64,000 bases of DNA from Elusimicrobiota bacterium (GCA_016212855.1 JACRDP010000003.1:29283-93282), one strand, 5' to 3'; numbered from the stretch's first letter, positions 18,901 to 28,930 are shown. Numbers and translations are program-made. Notes: generated by a model not told the origin, from the letters alone.

Positions 18901-20019
18901 ATGAAGCCTTTCCTCCTGCTTGCGCTGTTCGCCGTCGCCGCCAAAGCCGAGGAGCCGGCGCCATCCTCCCGGCCTCCAGCGCCGCGCGCGTTCGGCGCCC
19001 TTCAAGCTTCCAACCTGCTGAACCCCAACATCAGCGTCATCGGCTGGTTTCAGGGCGAGGCGGGCCGGCGGCACTCCGATCCCGGCGTCAATCTCCCCCC
19101 CGCGCTGGACATGAAAGAGGCCGAGCTCGGCTTTCAGTCCATCGTCGATCCCTACGCTCGCGCCGACTTTTTCATCTCGGTCGGGCGCGAGGGCGTCGAA
19201 CTGGAGGAGGGCTACATAGACTGGTTCCACCTCCCCCACGACCTGGCTCTGAAAGTCGGCAAGTTCCGCGCCGATTTCGGCAAGTTCAACCGCACCCACC
19301 CTCCCGAGACGGCGTTCGCCGACCGGCCATTGGTCCACGAGCGCTTCTTGGGAAACGAAGGCCTCTCGGGAGCGGGCGCCGACCTGTCCTGGCAGGTGCC
19401 CAATCCCTGGGTGCTCGTGACCGTCGACGGCGAAATCATCAACACGCCCACCGCCGAGGAAAGCCCTTTTTTCGACCGGGCCCGGAGACGCGATCTGCTG
19501 TATGTCGCCCACGCCAGCGGCTATTACGACCTGAGCGACGCCGTCAACATGACTCTCGGCGGCAGCTACGCCTACGGCGCGGCGGGTCAGGACTACAACG
19601 CGGTCGCCCTCTCGTCGCGCACCTTATCGGCGCAGCTCGGCGGCCTCGACCTGACTTTGCGCTGGAGGAATCCGCGGCGCAGCATCTACCGCTCGGGTTT
19701 CTGGCAGACCGAGGTCCTGTGGGGCAAGCGCGGCGCCGCCGGCGGCTCGTCCGTCGGCACCGCCGGGATGTTCAGCCACGTCGAATATCAGTTCGCGCGG
19801 CGCTGGCGCGCCGGCGCGCGCTACGATTACACCCAGATGCCGGCCGACCGGTCCCAGCACGAAGAAGCGGGGCTCGCCTACCTGACCTTTCAGCCCAGCG
19901 AATTCACCTCCATCAGCCTTCAAGGCCGCCAGGCGCGCCGCTTCGACGGGGCGAAAGAGACGCTCGGATTTCTTAAGATCACCTTCAACATCGGTCCGCA
20001 TGGATCGCATCCGTTCTAG
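18901..20019 (+). CDS. Outer-membrane beta-barrel protein (putative zinc-regulated porin or receptor)
   Basis: Signal peptide MKPFLLLALFAVAAKA, alternating beta-strand-like pattern and a C-terminal Phe (GSHPF). First gene of the Zur-controlled operon. Confidence 0.55.
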   Translation: MKPFLLLALFAVAAKAEEPAPSSRPPAPRAFGALQASNLLNPNISVIGWFQGEAGRRHSDPGVNLPPALDMKEAELGFQSIVDPYARADFFISVGREGVELEEGYIDWFHLPHDLALKVGKFRADFGKFNRTHPPETAFADRPLVHERFLGNEGLSGAGADLSWQVPNPWVLVTVDGEIINTPTAEESPFFDRARRRDLLYVAHASGYYDLSDAVNMTLGGSYAYGAAGQDYNAVALSSRTLSAQLGGLDLTLRWRNPRRSIYRSGFWQTEVLWGKRGAAGGSSVGTAGMFSHVEYQFARRWRAGARYDYTQMPADRSQHEEAGLAYLTFQPSEFTSISLQGRQARRFDGAKETLGFLKITFNIGPHGSHPF

Positions 20020-20025
20020 GAGCCC

Positions 20026-20946
20026 ATGAGCAAAACGAAGGCCTTACTCGCCGCCGCGCTCTGCGTCCTGCCGTCGCTGTCGTCGGCCAAGATTCAAATC
20101 GTGACCACGACCGAGGACTTGGCGGCCCTGGCTCGCGAGGTCGGAGGCGGCCAGGTCGAAGCGCAGACCATCGCCAAGGGCTACGAAGACCCCCACTTCG
20201 TCCAGGCCAAGCCGAGCTATCTGCTGAAGCTCAAGCGCGCCGACCTTTTCATTCAGGTCGGCCTCGAGCTCGAGGTCGCCTGGGCGGGCGCGCTTCTGAC
20301 CAGCGCCCGGAACACGAACATCATTCCGGGCAACCCGGGTTTCCTCGACGCCTCCGAGAGCTGCGAGGTTCTCGAGAAGCCGCAGTCCGTCGACCGGTCT
20401 TTGGGCGACGTCCATCCTCTCGGCAATCCCCACTACTGGCTCGATCCCGCCAACGGCCGGATCATCGCGAGCCGCATCGCTCAACGTCTCGAGGAAATCG
20501 ACTCGTCGCACGCCGCCGAGTACCGCTCCAACCTCGCCGCGTTCGAAAAACGCCTGAACGAGAAGAGCCGCGAGTGGGCGCTTTTGGCCCAGCCCCTCAA
20601 GGGGCTGGGCGTGGTGACCTACCACAACTCCTGGCCCAACTTCGCAAGACGCTTCGGACTGCGCGTCGTCAATTTCATCGAGCCGCGGCCGGGCATCCCG
20701 CCTTCGCCCGCCCATGTGCAGTCCCTGGAAAAGCAGATGGCGCGCGAGAAGATCGCGCTGATCCTCGTCGAGCCGTACTTCGACGACAAACTGCCGCGGA
20801 AGATCGCGGAGGACACCGGGGCCCATCTCGTCATCCTGCCGCCGTCCGTCGGCGCGGTGCCGGACATCAAAACCTATTTCGGCCTGTTCGATCATGACCT
20901 GAAGCTGATCCTGGGCGCGCTCGGAAAATCAGCGGCCAAGTCATGA
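20026..20946 (+). CDS. znuA: Metal ABC transporter substrate-binding protein (ZnuA/TroA family)
   Basis: Signal peptide, DPHF, HPLGNPHYWLDP and YHNSWPNFARRFGL motifs. Confidence 0.85.
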   Translation: MSKTKALLAAALCVLPSLSSAKIQIVTTTEDLAALAREVGGGQVEAQTIAKGYEDPHFVQAKPSYLLKLKRADLFIQVGLELEVAWAGALLTSARNTNIIPGNPGFLDASESCEVLEKPQSVDRSLGDVHPLGNPHYWLDPANGRIIASRIAQRLEEIDSSHAAEYRSNLAAFEKRLNEKSREWALLAQPLKGLGVVTYHNSWPNFARRFGLRVVNFIEPRPGIPPSPAHVQSLEKQMAREKIALILVEPYFDDKLPRKIAEDTGAHLVILPPSVGAVPDIKTYFGLFDHDLKLILGALGKSAAKS

Positions 20947-21782
20947 GCGACGTGCTGCAGATCATGTTTTGGCCGTTCCTCGCGAGCCTGGTCTTGGCCG
21001 GCATCCACGCCTACCTGGGGCTCCACGTCGTCGAGCGCGGCGTCATCTTCGTCGATCTTTCGCTCGCCCAGGTCGCCGCGCTGGGCAGCGCGGTCGCGCT
21101 TCTCGCCGGCTACGATCTGCACGGCCGCGCCGCCTATTTTCTGTCTCTGGGCTTCACGCTCCTCGGCGCCGGTCTTTTCTCGGTGACCCGCAGCCGCCGC
21201 ACCCGGATTCCCCAAGAAGCCTTCATCGGGATCGTCTACGCGGTCAGCGCCGCGCTCGCGATCCTCATCATGGACCGCCTGCCGGAAGGCGCGGAGCACA
21301 TCAAGCACATTCTCGTCGGCAACCTCCTCGCCGTCAGCCCGCACGAAGTCAAGAAAATGGCCCTGCTCTACGCGTTCATCGGGGTCCTCCACTGGCTGTG
21401 GCGCAAGCCGTTCCTGACCATCTCGACCAATCCCGAAGAAGCGTCGCGCAAGGGCTACCGCGTCAAGCTGTGGGACTTTCTGTTCTACGCCACCTTCGGC
21501 TTCGTCGTGACCTCTTCGGTCTCGATCGCAGGCGTGCTCCTGGTTTTCACCTACCTCATCGTGCCGTCGGTCACGGCCATGCTGTTTTCGGAGAAGGTCG
21601 GCGCGCGGCTGGCGATCGGCTGGTCCATGGGCGCCGCCGCCAGCTTGCTCGGCATGTATTTTTCCTACCGCTTCGACGCGCCGACGGGCGCCACCATCAT
21701 CTGCGTCTTCGGAGCCCTGCTGATCGTCCTGTCCGCGCTCCGCGGTCTTTACTTCACATTCGCCCTCAAGAGACCCGCATAA
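20943..21782 (+). CDS. znuB: Metal ABC transporter permease (ZnuB, ABC-3 family)
   Basis: 279-aa polytopic protein typical of ABC-3 permeases. ATGA overlap with znuA. Confidence 0.85.
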   Translation: MSDVLQIMFWPFLASLVLAGIHAYLGLHVVERGVIFVDLSLAQVAALGSAVALLAGYDLHGRAAYFLSLGFTLLGAGLFSVTRSRRTRIPQEAFIGIVYAVSAALAILIMDRLPEGAEHIKHILVGNLLAVSPHEVKKMALLYAFIGVLHWLWRKPFLTISTNPEEASRKGYRVKLWDFLFYATFGFVVTSSVSIAGVLLVFTYLIVPSVTAMLFSEKVGARLAIGWSMGAAASLLGMYFSYRFDAPTGATIICVFGALLIVLSALRGLYFTFALKRPA

Positions 21783-22501
21783 TGCTGATCCTCATCGTCG
21801 CGCTCGCCTTCGCGGTCACCATGGTCGGCGGCTTCCTCCCGGCCTACGCCAGCCTGTTCACGCACGCGCGCATGTCCCGGGCCCTGGCCTTGCGCTCGGG
21901 ACTCCTGCTCGCGGTCGCGTTCGGCGACGTGCTCCCCGAGGCCTGGTCGGCGGACCCGCGTCTGGCCGGCGCGGCCGCCTTCGCCGCCTTCGCGCTGTGC
22001 TACGCGGCCGAATACTTCGCGATGGGCGACTCCTGCCATGAGGCCGTCGAGGACTGCCACTCCCACGCGCTCGGCGCGGCCGCGCTCGTCGGCATCCTCG
22101 CCCACTCCTTCGTGGACGGGATCAATCTCGGCGCGGCCCGCCTGGCGGGCGTTCACACCTTGATCGCCGCGGGCGGGGCGGTCATCGTCTGCCACTTCGC
22201 CGACGGCTTCACCTTGACGACGCTGTTCAGCCGGTCCGGCTTCAGCCGCGCCGCCGTCGTGGGGCTGCTCGCCTCCGTGGGCCTCACCACCGCGGCCGGG
22301 GCCTTCGTCACCGGCTCCTCGGCGTCCGGCCTGGCGCAGGGGCCGACGTCGATGCTGCTCGGCTTCGCGGGCGGCTGCTTCGTCTACGTCGGCGCCGCCG
22401 ACATCCTTCCGCGGCTGCACCGGGACCGCGACCCGGCCGCGCTCGCCTTCTTCGGCGCCGGCGCCGCGGCGATGGCCGGCCTCCACGTCCTCCTGCGCTA
22501 G
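21782..22501 (+). CDS. ZIP-family divalent metal transporter (ZupT-like)
   Basis: Polytopic protein with the HSFVDGINLG signature. Start overlaps the znuB stop (TAATG). Confidence 0.7.
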   Translation: MLILIVALAFAVTMVGGFLPAYASLFTHARMSRALALRSGLLLAVAFGDVLPEAWSADPRLAGAAAFAAFALCYAAEYFAMGDSCHEAVEDCHSHALGAAALVGILAHSFVDGINLGAARLAGVHTLIAAGGAVIVCHFADGFTLTTLFSRSGFSRAAVVGLLASVGLTTAAGAFVTGSSASGLAQGPTSMLLGFAGGCFVYVGAADILPRLHRDRDPAALAFFGAGAAAMAGLHVLLR

Positions 22502-24303
22502 AGAACGGCGAACAGAAAGGCCGTCGCGGTCAGGACGCTGATCGCGAAGCCGGCTAAAGCCGCGATCGAGCCGAACTCGAACTCGACTGTGTGCTCGCCG
22601 GGCGGCACCGCGACCGACGGGAAAGCCTCGGCGAACATTCCCGTTTCTACTTTTACTCCGTCGACACGCGCCTCCCAGCCGGGATAATTCATTTCCGAGA
22701 GAATCAACGCGCCCCCGCCGGCCGTGACGACGCGCGCCGACGCGAAACCCGGACGAAGCGACGTCTCGCCGACTTTCCCCGCGCCGTCGAAGAATATCCG
22801 CTCGCGGGCCGTCGTCCGGCGGGAGACCTCGATCGTCTCCCGCGTCACGCGCAAGGCTCCGCGCTTCAGGCCGACGACGCGGTCCACCCCCGCCCAATCC
22901 GCCCTGCCGGGAGAGTTCATGCGGCTCAGATAATCGTTCGCCCGGCGAAGCCGCAAGGTCTGATACGAGCTCGCTTCCCGCACGCCGAACGCCGCACCGA
23001 AAGACGGCGCGAGAAAATCGCGCATGAGGAGATAATCCTCCTCGGTCTCGAGGGTGCCCTTCTCCCACGCACGCCGCAGCTCGTCGGTGTGATAGATCCG
23101 TCCCCTCCCGGCGCCCGCCAAAGCCGGCGGATCGCTCAGGAATTCCGGACGCGACCAGGCCGCGCGCGGGACCGCCAGGAACAGGAGCAAGTCCGCGAGC
23201 AGCAGACCGGCCGCCGCCCATTGAAGGGACGGCCGCAGCCGGGCGACGCCGGACGCGGCGAGCAAAGCCGCGGCCGCCGTCGCCAGGAGCAGCCAATTCG
23301 CCGGAAAGCGGAAGAGATGAAGAAAGCCCATCGCGTCGAACCCGGGCAGATGGCCGCCGAGGCTGAGCAGCATCGCGCCCAGCGCCCCCGCCGCCAGCAG
23401 GCGCTCGGTCCGCCCCCCGCGCCACGCCGCCCAGCCCGCGAGCGCCCAGGCGACGAGCCCGACGTAAAAACAGACGATAGCGGGATCTCCGGCCATAAAC
23501 GGCGACCAGCGAATCCATTGCGGGGCCAGCGCCTCCTTGAGAAGCTGGCCTGGCGCCAGGGAGAATTGACGCGCCATGGCGGGATCGAGGATCACGGCGC
23601 GGCCGGCGCCGCGCAGAAGCTCGATAAACGGGATCCACTGCGCCGCGGCCAGGCCCAGCGCCACGATTCCGCCCTGGACGAGGCACTTCAATCCTTTTCG
23701 TCCCTGAGCGCAGGCGACGGCGGACACGGCGACGACGCTCAGGAGCGAGAACGGCGGAAACCCCGCCAGCCATTGCAGCGCGACGCAGGCGCCGAGCCCC
23801 AAGGGGGAGAGCTCGTACTGGAAATACAAAATCGCGGGGAGCCACGCCGCAGCCGCGAAATGATTCGGGAACGTGACTCGCGCCGTGAAGAACCCGTTGA
23901 ACGCCGCGAGCGCCGCCGCCGCCGCCGCCGCGGGCGCGGACTTTTTCATCCGCCACGCCAGGCCCCCCATGAACGCCGCCGCCAGCAAAGTGTGAAACAC
24001 GACCCACACGCGAAGAAAGCCGGTGAAATCGGGGAGGAGGACGAAGAGCCGGGCCGGAGGATATAAGGACATGCTCTGCGGATCGGCTAGAAAGGGCTCG
24101 CCCATGTCCCGGAAGGGATTCCAGACGGGCAGCAGCCGGTCCGCGCCGAGCGTGCGCAGCAGGCTCCAGTTCGGATAGGAGTACGCGATCATGTTTCCGT
24201 CGAGGGGAACCAGGCCGCCGAGGAGCAGCGGGCGCCACGCGAGGCACAGCGCGAGCACGATTCCCGCCATGACGGCCGCGGCGACGGAACGGCGGAGTTT
24301 CAC
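22498..24303 (-). CDS. Large polytopic membrane protein (YfhO-like or glycosyltransferase-like, uncertain)
   Basis: 601 aa with more than 10 predicted TM helices, then a C-terminal soluble domain and a final TM helix. GTG start preceded by TGgTATCGT-N6. Confidence 0.5.
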   Translation of the reverse strand: MKLRRSVAAAVMAGIVLALCLAWRPLLLGGLVPLDGNMIAYSYPNWSLLRTLGADRLLPVWNPFRDMGEPFLADPQSMSLYPPARLFVLLPDFTGFLRVWVVFHTLLAAAFMGGLAWRMKKSAPAAAAAAALAAFNGFFTARVTFPNHFAAAAWLPAILYFQYELSPLGLGACVALQWLAGFPPFSLLSVVAVSAVACAQGRKGLKCLVQGGIVALGLAAAQWIPFIELLRGAGRAVILDPAMARQFSLAPGQLLKEALAPQWIRWSPFMAGDPAIVCFYVGLVAWALAGWAAWRGGRTERLLAAGALGAMLLSLGGHLPGFDAMGFLHLFRFPANWLLLATAAAALLAASGVARLRPSLQWAAAGLLLADLLLFLAVPRAAWSRPEFLSDPPALAGAGRGRIYHTDELRRAWEKGTLETEEDYLLMRDFLAPSFGAAFGVREASSYQTLRLRRANDYLSRMNSPGRADWAGVDRVVGLKRGALRVTRETIEVSRRTTARERIFFDGAGKVGETSLRPGFASARVVTAGGGALILSEMNYPGWEARVDGVKVETGMFAEAFPSVAVPPGEHTVEFEFGSIAALAGFAISVLTATAFLFAVL

Positions 24304-24328
24304 GCCGTAACGATACCATTCTCCCCTC

Positions 24329-24357
24329 TTTGACTCCCACCCCGAAGGATTGATAAT
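24329..24357 (+). promoter_or_regulatory. Sigma-70-type promoter TTGACT-N17-GATAAT
   Basis: TTGACT at 24329-24334 and GATAAT at 24352-24357, with ATG at 24371. Confidence 0.6.
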
Positions 24358-24370
24358 CTATCGAAGGCCT

Positions 24371-25462
24371 ATGAAATATACCGTCAGCCTTCTTTTGCTG
24401 GCGCTATCCGCTTCAGCCCTTGAGGGCTATCCGATTCGGCCCGTCTCGGTGAAGCTCGAGATTGAATCCGACCGGATCGTCGCCGACATCGAAACCGACT
24501 CGATCTACTGGATCGAAGAAGTCGCCCATCTCCACCCGATGCCTCCTGCGGACTGGCCCGCCGACGCCCGCGGACGCGTTCAGGACTACGTAAACTCCCA
24601 TTTGCGCCTGTCGGACGGAGGCCGCGTCCTTCCCGGCGCGCTTGACTCCGCGCGCTATCGCCAACTCCCCTGGGAAGTCAACGAGGAGGGCCGGTTTTTC
24701 CTGCGCATGGTGTATCCGCCGGCTTCCGGCGCGGAACTGGAAATCGCCGCCTCGTTCTTCAACGAATACCGCGCGGAGGCGACGGCGGCGTACGCCGGAC
24801 GGCCGTTCCCTCCTTCCGTCGTCTTCCGGACCGATGTCTCCGTTCCCTCGAAACACGCGATCCTGACTCCCGAATCTCCCGCGATTACGATCGCGACCGG
24901 CGCCGCGCGTCGCGGCGCTCTGGCCACGATCGTCGCGAGCCTGCGCGCCGGCGCGGCGACGGCGCTCGGCACTGCCGCCGGGTTTCCGGCCTTGCTCGCG
25001 ATCGCGTTGTGCGTCGGCGGAGCGGCCTTCGACCGCCGGAAAGCCGCCGTTCTCGCGACCGCCTCCGCGCTCGGCTTCGCCTGCGCCGGAGCTCTCGCTT
25101 GGACGCCGCCGTGGCAGATTTGGCCGTGGACGCTGGCGACGGCTCTCGTCGCCGGGCGCTGGCGGCGCGCGCCGTCGGTCGCCGTCGCAACGGCCTCGGC
25201 TCTCGGCCTCGCCTGGGCCGTCGCCGCGCGGCCGACCATGCCGCACGCGGCCCTCGCCTCTCCGTCCGCTCTCGCCGGCGCGATGGCCGGCGGAGCGGTG
25301 CTTCTGTGCGCGATGCTGCTCGTGCTTCGTGAGGAATACAAGCGCATGTTCGAGCTGTCCGAGTCGCGCGTCGAGGAGCTGTTCGCCCGGCGCGTGCGCC
25401 TGCTCGGAACGATCCTGACCATCGTCGGAGCCTACGGTTTATGGCAGTCCATTCAGAGGTGA
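24371..25462 (+). CDS. Membrane protein: periplasmic N-domain plus multi-TM C-domain, first gene of the ABC-2 module
   Basis: Signal peptide MKYTVSLLLLALSASA, a ~170-aa soluble part, then 5-6 Ala/Gly-rich TM helices. Confidence 0.5.
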   Translation: MKYTVSLLLLALSASALEGYPIRPVSVKLEIESDRIVADIETDSIYWIEEVAHLHPMPPADWPADARGRVQDYVNSHLRLSDGGRVLPGALDSARYRQLPWEVNEEGRFFLRMVYPPASGAELEIAASFFNEYRAEATAAYAGRPFPPSVVFRTDVSVPSKHAILTPESPAITIATGAARRGALATIVASLRAGAATALGTAAGFPALLAIALCVGGAAFDRRKAAVLATASALGFACAGALAWTPPWQIWPWTLATALVAGRWRRAPSVAVATASALGLAWAVAARPTMPHAALASPSALAGAMAGGAVLLCAMLLVLREEYKRMFELSESRVEELFARRVRLLGTILTIVGAYGLWQSIQR

Positions 25463-25466
25463 ACGC

Positions 25467-26231
25467 GTGAACGCCATCAGCTTTCAGAAAGTCTCCAAAA
25501 TCTACAGGCGCTCCCACCTCGGGAAGACGACCGAGACGGTCGGCCTCGACGGCCTCGAACTCGACATTCCCGAGGGCGAAGTGTTCGGCCTCCTCGGCCT
25601 CAACGGCTCGGGCAAGACGACGGCGATCAAGCTCCTCATGGGCCTGCACCTCCCGACGAAGGGAGAGGTCGAGACCCTCGGCCGCCGCGCGCCGGATGTG
25701 GAAGTCCTCGCGCGCATCGGCTACGCGCCCGAGGCGGCCTACCTCAACAAGACCTTGACCGGGCGCGAGAACCTGCGCTTGTTCGCCGCGCTCTCGCGCA
25801 TTCCCCGGGGCAATCTGGAGAAGCGCGTCGAAGAGATGCTCGACCGCGTCGGCCTGGCGCACGCCGCGGACAAGCGCCTCTCGGAGTATTCGAAGGGCAT
25901 GCTTCAGCGCGCGAGCCTCGCCCAGGCCCTCGTTCACGATCCGGAACTCGTCATCCTGGACGAGCCCGTCACCGGCCTCGACCCGCTCGCGATCAAGGAA
26001 GTCCGGACCCTGATCCTGTGGCTTAAGTCGAAGGGACGCACGGTGCTCTTCTCCTCGCACGACATCTCCGAGGTCGAGCGCGTCTGCGACCGCATCGGCA
26101 TCCTCAGCGGCGGCCGCCTCGTCAAACTGATGTCGCAGAACGAATGGCGCGGAAAATCCGACGTCATCGAAACGGCCTTCGCCACGGCGGTCAAACGCAC
26201 CGACGGCGTCGGTCCGATCCGCATGGAGTAA
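25467..26231 (+). CDS. ABC transporter ATP-binding protein
   Basis: Walker A GLNGSGKTT, signature YSKGMLQR and Walker B LVILDEP. Confidence 0.88.
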   Translation: MNAISFQKVSKIYRRSHLGKTTETVGLDGLELDIPEGEVFGLLGLNGSGKTTAIKLLMGLHLPTKGEVETLGRRAPDVEVLARIGYAPEAAYLNKTLTGRENLRLFAALSRIPRGNLEKRVEEMLDRVGLAHAADKRLSEYSKGMLQRASLAQALVHDPELVILDEPVTGLDPLAIKEVRTLILWLKSKGRTVLFSSHDISEVERVCDRIGILSGGRLVKLMSQNEWRGKSDVIETAFATAVKRTDGVGPIRME

Positions 26232-26232
26232 T

Positions 26233-26997
26233 ATGCAGACCATCTCGGCCGTCTTCACGTACACGTTCAAGGAGCATGTCCGCCACAAGGCGTGGCTCTC
26301 CTCCGCCCTGTTCGGCTTCATTTTGCTCGGCGGCGCCCTCGTCATTTCCGCGCTCGGCGCGGACGAGCGGCCGCGGCTGATGCTCGATCTCGGCTTGGCG
26401 GGCATCGAAGCCATCACCTTGGTCTCGATCGTCTTCCTGACGGTGAACCTCATCCTGCAGGAGATCGAGTCGCGCGCGATCTACCTCATACTCACTCACC
26501 CGGTGCGCCGCAGCGACTACCTCCTCGGCCGGTTCCTGGGGACGCTCGCGGCCGCGGCGCTCGGCATGGCGATCATGGCCGCGCTCCACCTCGTCCTTTT
26601 GGGTCTCTACGGCTGGTGGGAGCCGGGACGCTACCTCGCCGCGCTCCTGTGCACGCTCGGCAAGGCGGGCGTGATGGGCTCGCTCGCCTTATTGCTCTCG
26701 CTCGCGCTGACGAGCGAGGCCGCGGCGATGGCGTTCTCGGTGTTCTTCTGGATGCTCGGGCATTTCTCCTCCGAAATGCGCTTTCTCGCCGACCGCTCCG
26801 GCAGCGCCTTCATCAAGACGGCCATCGTCGCCTTCTCCCACGCGGCCCCGGATTTCGCCCACTTCAACTATCGCGACTTCTGGCACGCGACCGCGCCGGG
26901 CGCGCAGTGGCTGATGTGGGCCGGCGTGTACGCCGTCGCGTACGCTGGCGCCTGCCTCGCGTTGTCGGTCCAGCTGTTCGAGCAGAAGGAATTTTGA
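26233..26997 (+). CDS. ABC-2-type permease
   Basis: 254-aa protein with six TM helices immediately after the ATPase. Confidence 0.7.
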   Translation: MQTISAVFTYTFKEHVRHKAWLSSALFGFILLGGALVISALGADERPRLMLDLGLAGIEAITLVSIVFLTVNLILQEIESRAIYLILTHPVRRSDYLLGRFLGTLAAAALGMAIMAALHLVLLGLYGWWEPGRYLAALLCTLGKAGVMGSLALLLSLALTSEAAAMAFSVFFWMLGHFSSEMRFLADRSGSAFIKTAIVAFSHAAPDFAHFNYRDFWHATAPGAQWLMWAGVYAVAYAGACLALSVQLFEQKEF

Positions 26998-27719
26998 TGA
27001 AGTACCGCGCGCTCGCCGTCGCCGCCGTCCTCTTCGCCGTTTCGCTCGCGGCGGGCACGGCCATGCGCGCGCTGTACGAGCCCCGCTTCCCGCCGCTCGC
27101 CGAGCTGCAGGGCGGAGCGTTCGCCTTCCAGGACGCGTCCTTGGCCGCCGCGGGCTTCCGCGCCCCCGCGGCCGACCTCGCGTGGATCCAGCTCCTCCAA
27201 TACGCGGCGGGCTCACTCCCCGAATACGTCGACGCGCCGGGAAAAGGATATGAGCACCTCGCCAAGCTCAGCCTGCGCGTCGCGCGCCTGGATCCCTCCT
27301 TCAACCGCGCGGTACTCTTCGGCGCCGGCATCCTCGCCTGGTTCCACGGCGTCGACCGCCCGGACGAAGCGGCGGAGCTGCTGCGCGACGGCATGCGCAT
27401 GTCTCCCGACCAGAAACTGTACCCGCTGTATATCGCCGCGCTCGCCTACAAGAAAAAAGGAGACTCGGACCGCATGATCGCCTTGCTCGAGTCGAGTTTC
27501 GACCAGCCCGAGACGCCGAGCACGATGAAGGCCATTCTCGCGAACCTGCGCCAGTCGCGCGGCGAACTTAAGGAAGCGCTCGTTCTTTGGATCCGCATCC
27601 TCGAAAACGAGCGCGACGCCTCCGAGCACGGCCGGGCCCGCGCCAAGATCGTGGAGCTGCGGGCCGCCTTACGCGGTCGCCAGGGGAAGAAACAGGTAGA
27701 CGGCCGCAAGCATCAGTAA
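26997..27719 (+). CDS. TPR-like protein with an N-terminal anchor
   Basis: ATGA overlap with the permease. Helical repeat pattern (LYPLYIAALAYKKKGDSDRMIALLE). Confidence 0.5.
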   Translation: MKYRALAVAAVLFAVSLAAGTAMRALYEPRFPPLAELQGGAFAFQDASLAAAGFRAPAADLAWIQLLQYAAGSLPEYVDAPGKGYEHLAKLSLRVARLDPSFNRAVLFGAGILAWFHGVDRPDEAAELLRDGMRMSPDQKLYPLYIAALAYKKKGDSDRMIALLESSFDQPETPSTMKAILANLRQSRGELKEALVLWIRILENERDASEHGRARAKIVELRAALRGRQGKKQVDGRKHQ

Positions 27720-28217
27720 ATAGCCCGCGAACCGCGTCCGCAGCGGACGGGCCGAGAGGCCGGGCGGGCCGAACTTCGCGGCGAGATCGATTCCGCCGCA
27801 GCCCGCCGAGACGAACCAGGCCCCGAGCACGTCGTAGTCGCCCATCCCCCTCTGCCAGCCGAACACGACGAGCACGCCCCAGGCGAGCACCGGGGCCATC
27901 GGGATCAGGACGTCGGCGAGATGCATGACCGTGTCCCGGTGGCAGAGATAGATCGAGAACCCGATGAAGAAGACGATCGGCGCGAGCAGAACCGCGTTCA
28001 TGTACTGCGGAGGGATGCCGCCGCGCGGCATGAAGTACTTCACGATCGCCACGTCCACGGCCGCGCCCAAGACCAGGGCGATCAAGTGGGCCGCGCAATA
28101 CTGGCGTACCAGGTCGGTCCGGCGCGCGGCGGCGTAGATCGCGGCGCTGACCGCGCCGACGAAGACGGCGGCGCAGACAATTACTTTAAGATAGAAGACG
28201 TAAAACGCGTCGCTCAT
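27669..28217 (-). CDS. Hypothetical integral membrane protein
   Basis: 182 aa with 5-6 TM helices. 4-nt overlap with the upstream methyltransferase gene. Confidence 0.5.
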   Translation of the reverse strand: MSDAFYVFYLKVIVCAAVFVGAVSAAIYAAARRTDLVRQYCAAHLIALVLGAAVDVAIVKYFMPRGGIPPQYMNAVLLAPIVFFIGFSIYLCHRDTVMHLADVLIPMAPVLAWGVLVVFGWQRGMGDYDVLGAWFVSAGCGGIDLAAKFGPPGLSARPLRTRFAGYLLMLAAVYLFLPLATA

Positions 28218-28888
28218 TTCGCGAGTTCCTTCATGACCGAAAATAGCAGGCTCGCGGAGGGGTCGTCAAGACGCATAGAATAAAACAGTTGTCTCACGCG
28301 CCTAAGCCGTTTCTCCGTAAAACGCGGCGAAGCCGCGAGATGAAGTGAAACGAAATCCCACAAGGCGAGCATCCGTTCCATGGACGCCGTCTCGGGCCGT
28401 TCTTTGCTATCTCCATTCGTTGCCGTTGCCGTCGCCGTTAAAGAAAAAAGCGCCACCGCGACGGCCTGCCCCAAATTCAAGCTCACGCCGTTCCGGCACG
28501 GGATTCTCGCGAGATACGGACACAGCGCCGTCTCCGCCCGCGTCAGCCCCTTCGACTCGCGCCCGAACACAAGCGCGATTCGTCCGCTCAAAGAGGGTGC
28601 GTTCGGAAGGACGAATTCCTCCTGCTTGAGCGCCGACGGCCGGCGGCTGAACGCGACGGCGGACGCGCAGCCGCGCAGTGCGGCGTTCAGGTCCGAAACG
28701 ACGCCGGCTTCGTTCAAAATCTCCGGGGCGCTCGTGCCGGTGACGTAGGCCTCGGCGGGAATTTTTTTCCAGTCCGGCGAGACGACGACGAGGTCCTCGA
28801 CGCCCGACGCGCGCATCGCGCGGGCGACGAAGCCGAGATTGAGCGGATTTTCGGGCTCGACGAGCACGACGCGCCAGCCTGAGGCCAT
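28214..28888 (-). CDS. SpoU/TrmH-family RNA 2'-O-methyltransferase (TrmJ-like)
   Basis: VVLVEPENPLNLGFVARAMRASG, LVFGRESKGL and LNLGQAVAV motifs. Confidence 0.8.
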   Translation of the reverse strand: MASGWRVVLVEPENPLNLGFVARAMRASGVEDLVVVSPDWKKIPAEAYVTGTSAPEILNEAGVVSDLNAALRGCASAVAFSRRPSALKQEEFVLPNAPSLSGRIALVFGRESKGLTRAETALCPYLARIPCRNGVSLNLGQAVAVALFSLTATATATNGDSKERPETASMERMLALWDFVSLHLAASPRFTEKRLRRVRQLFYSMRLDDPSASLLFSVMKELAK

Positions 28889-28930
28889 GCGCTACTTTAA
28901 CAATTCCTACATCACGCCCGCGAAGCGCCC

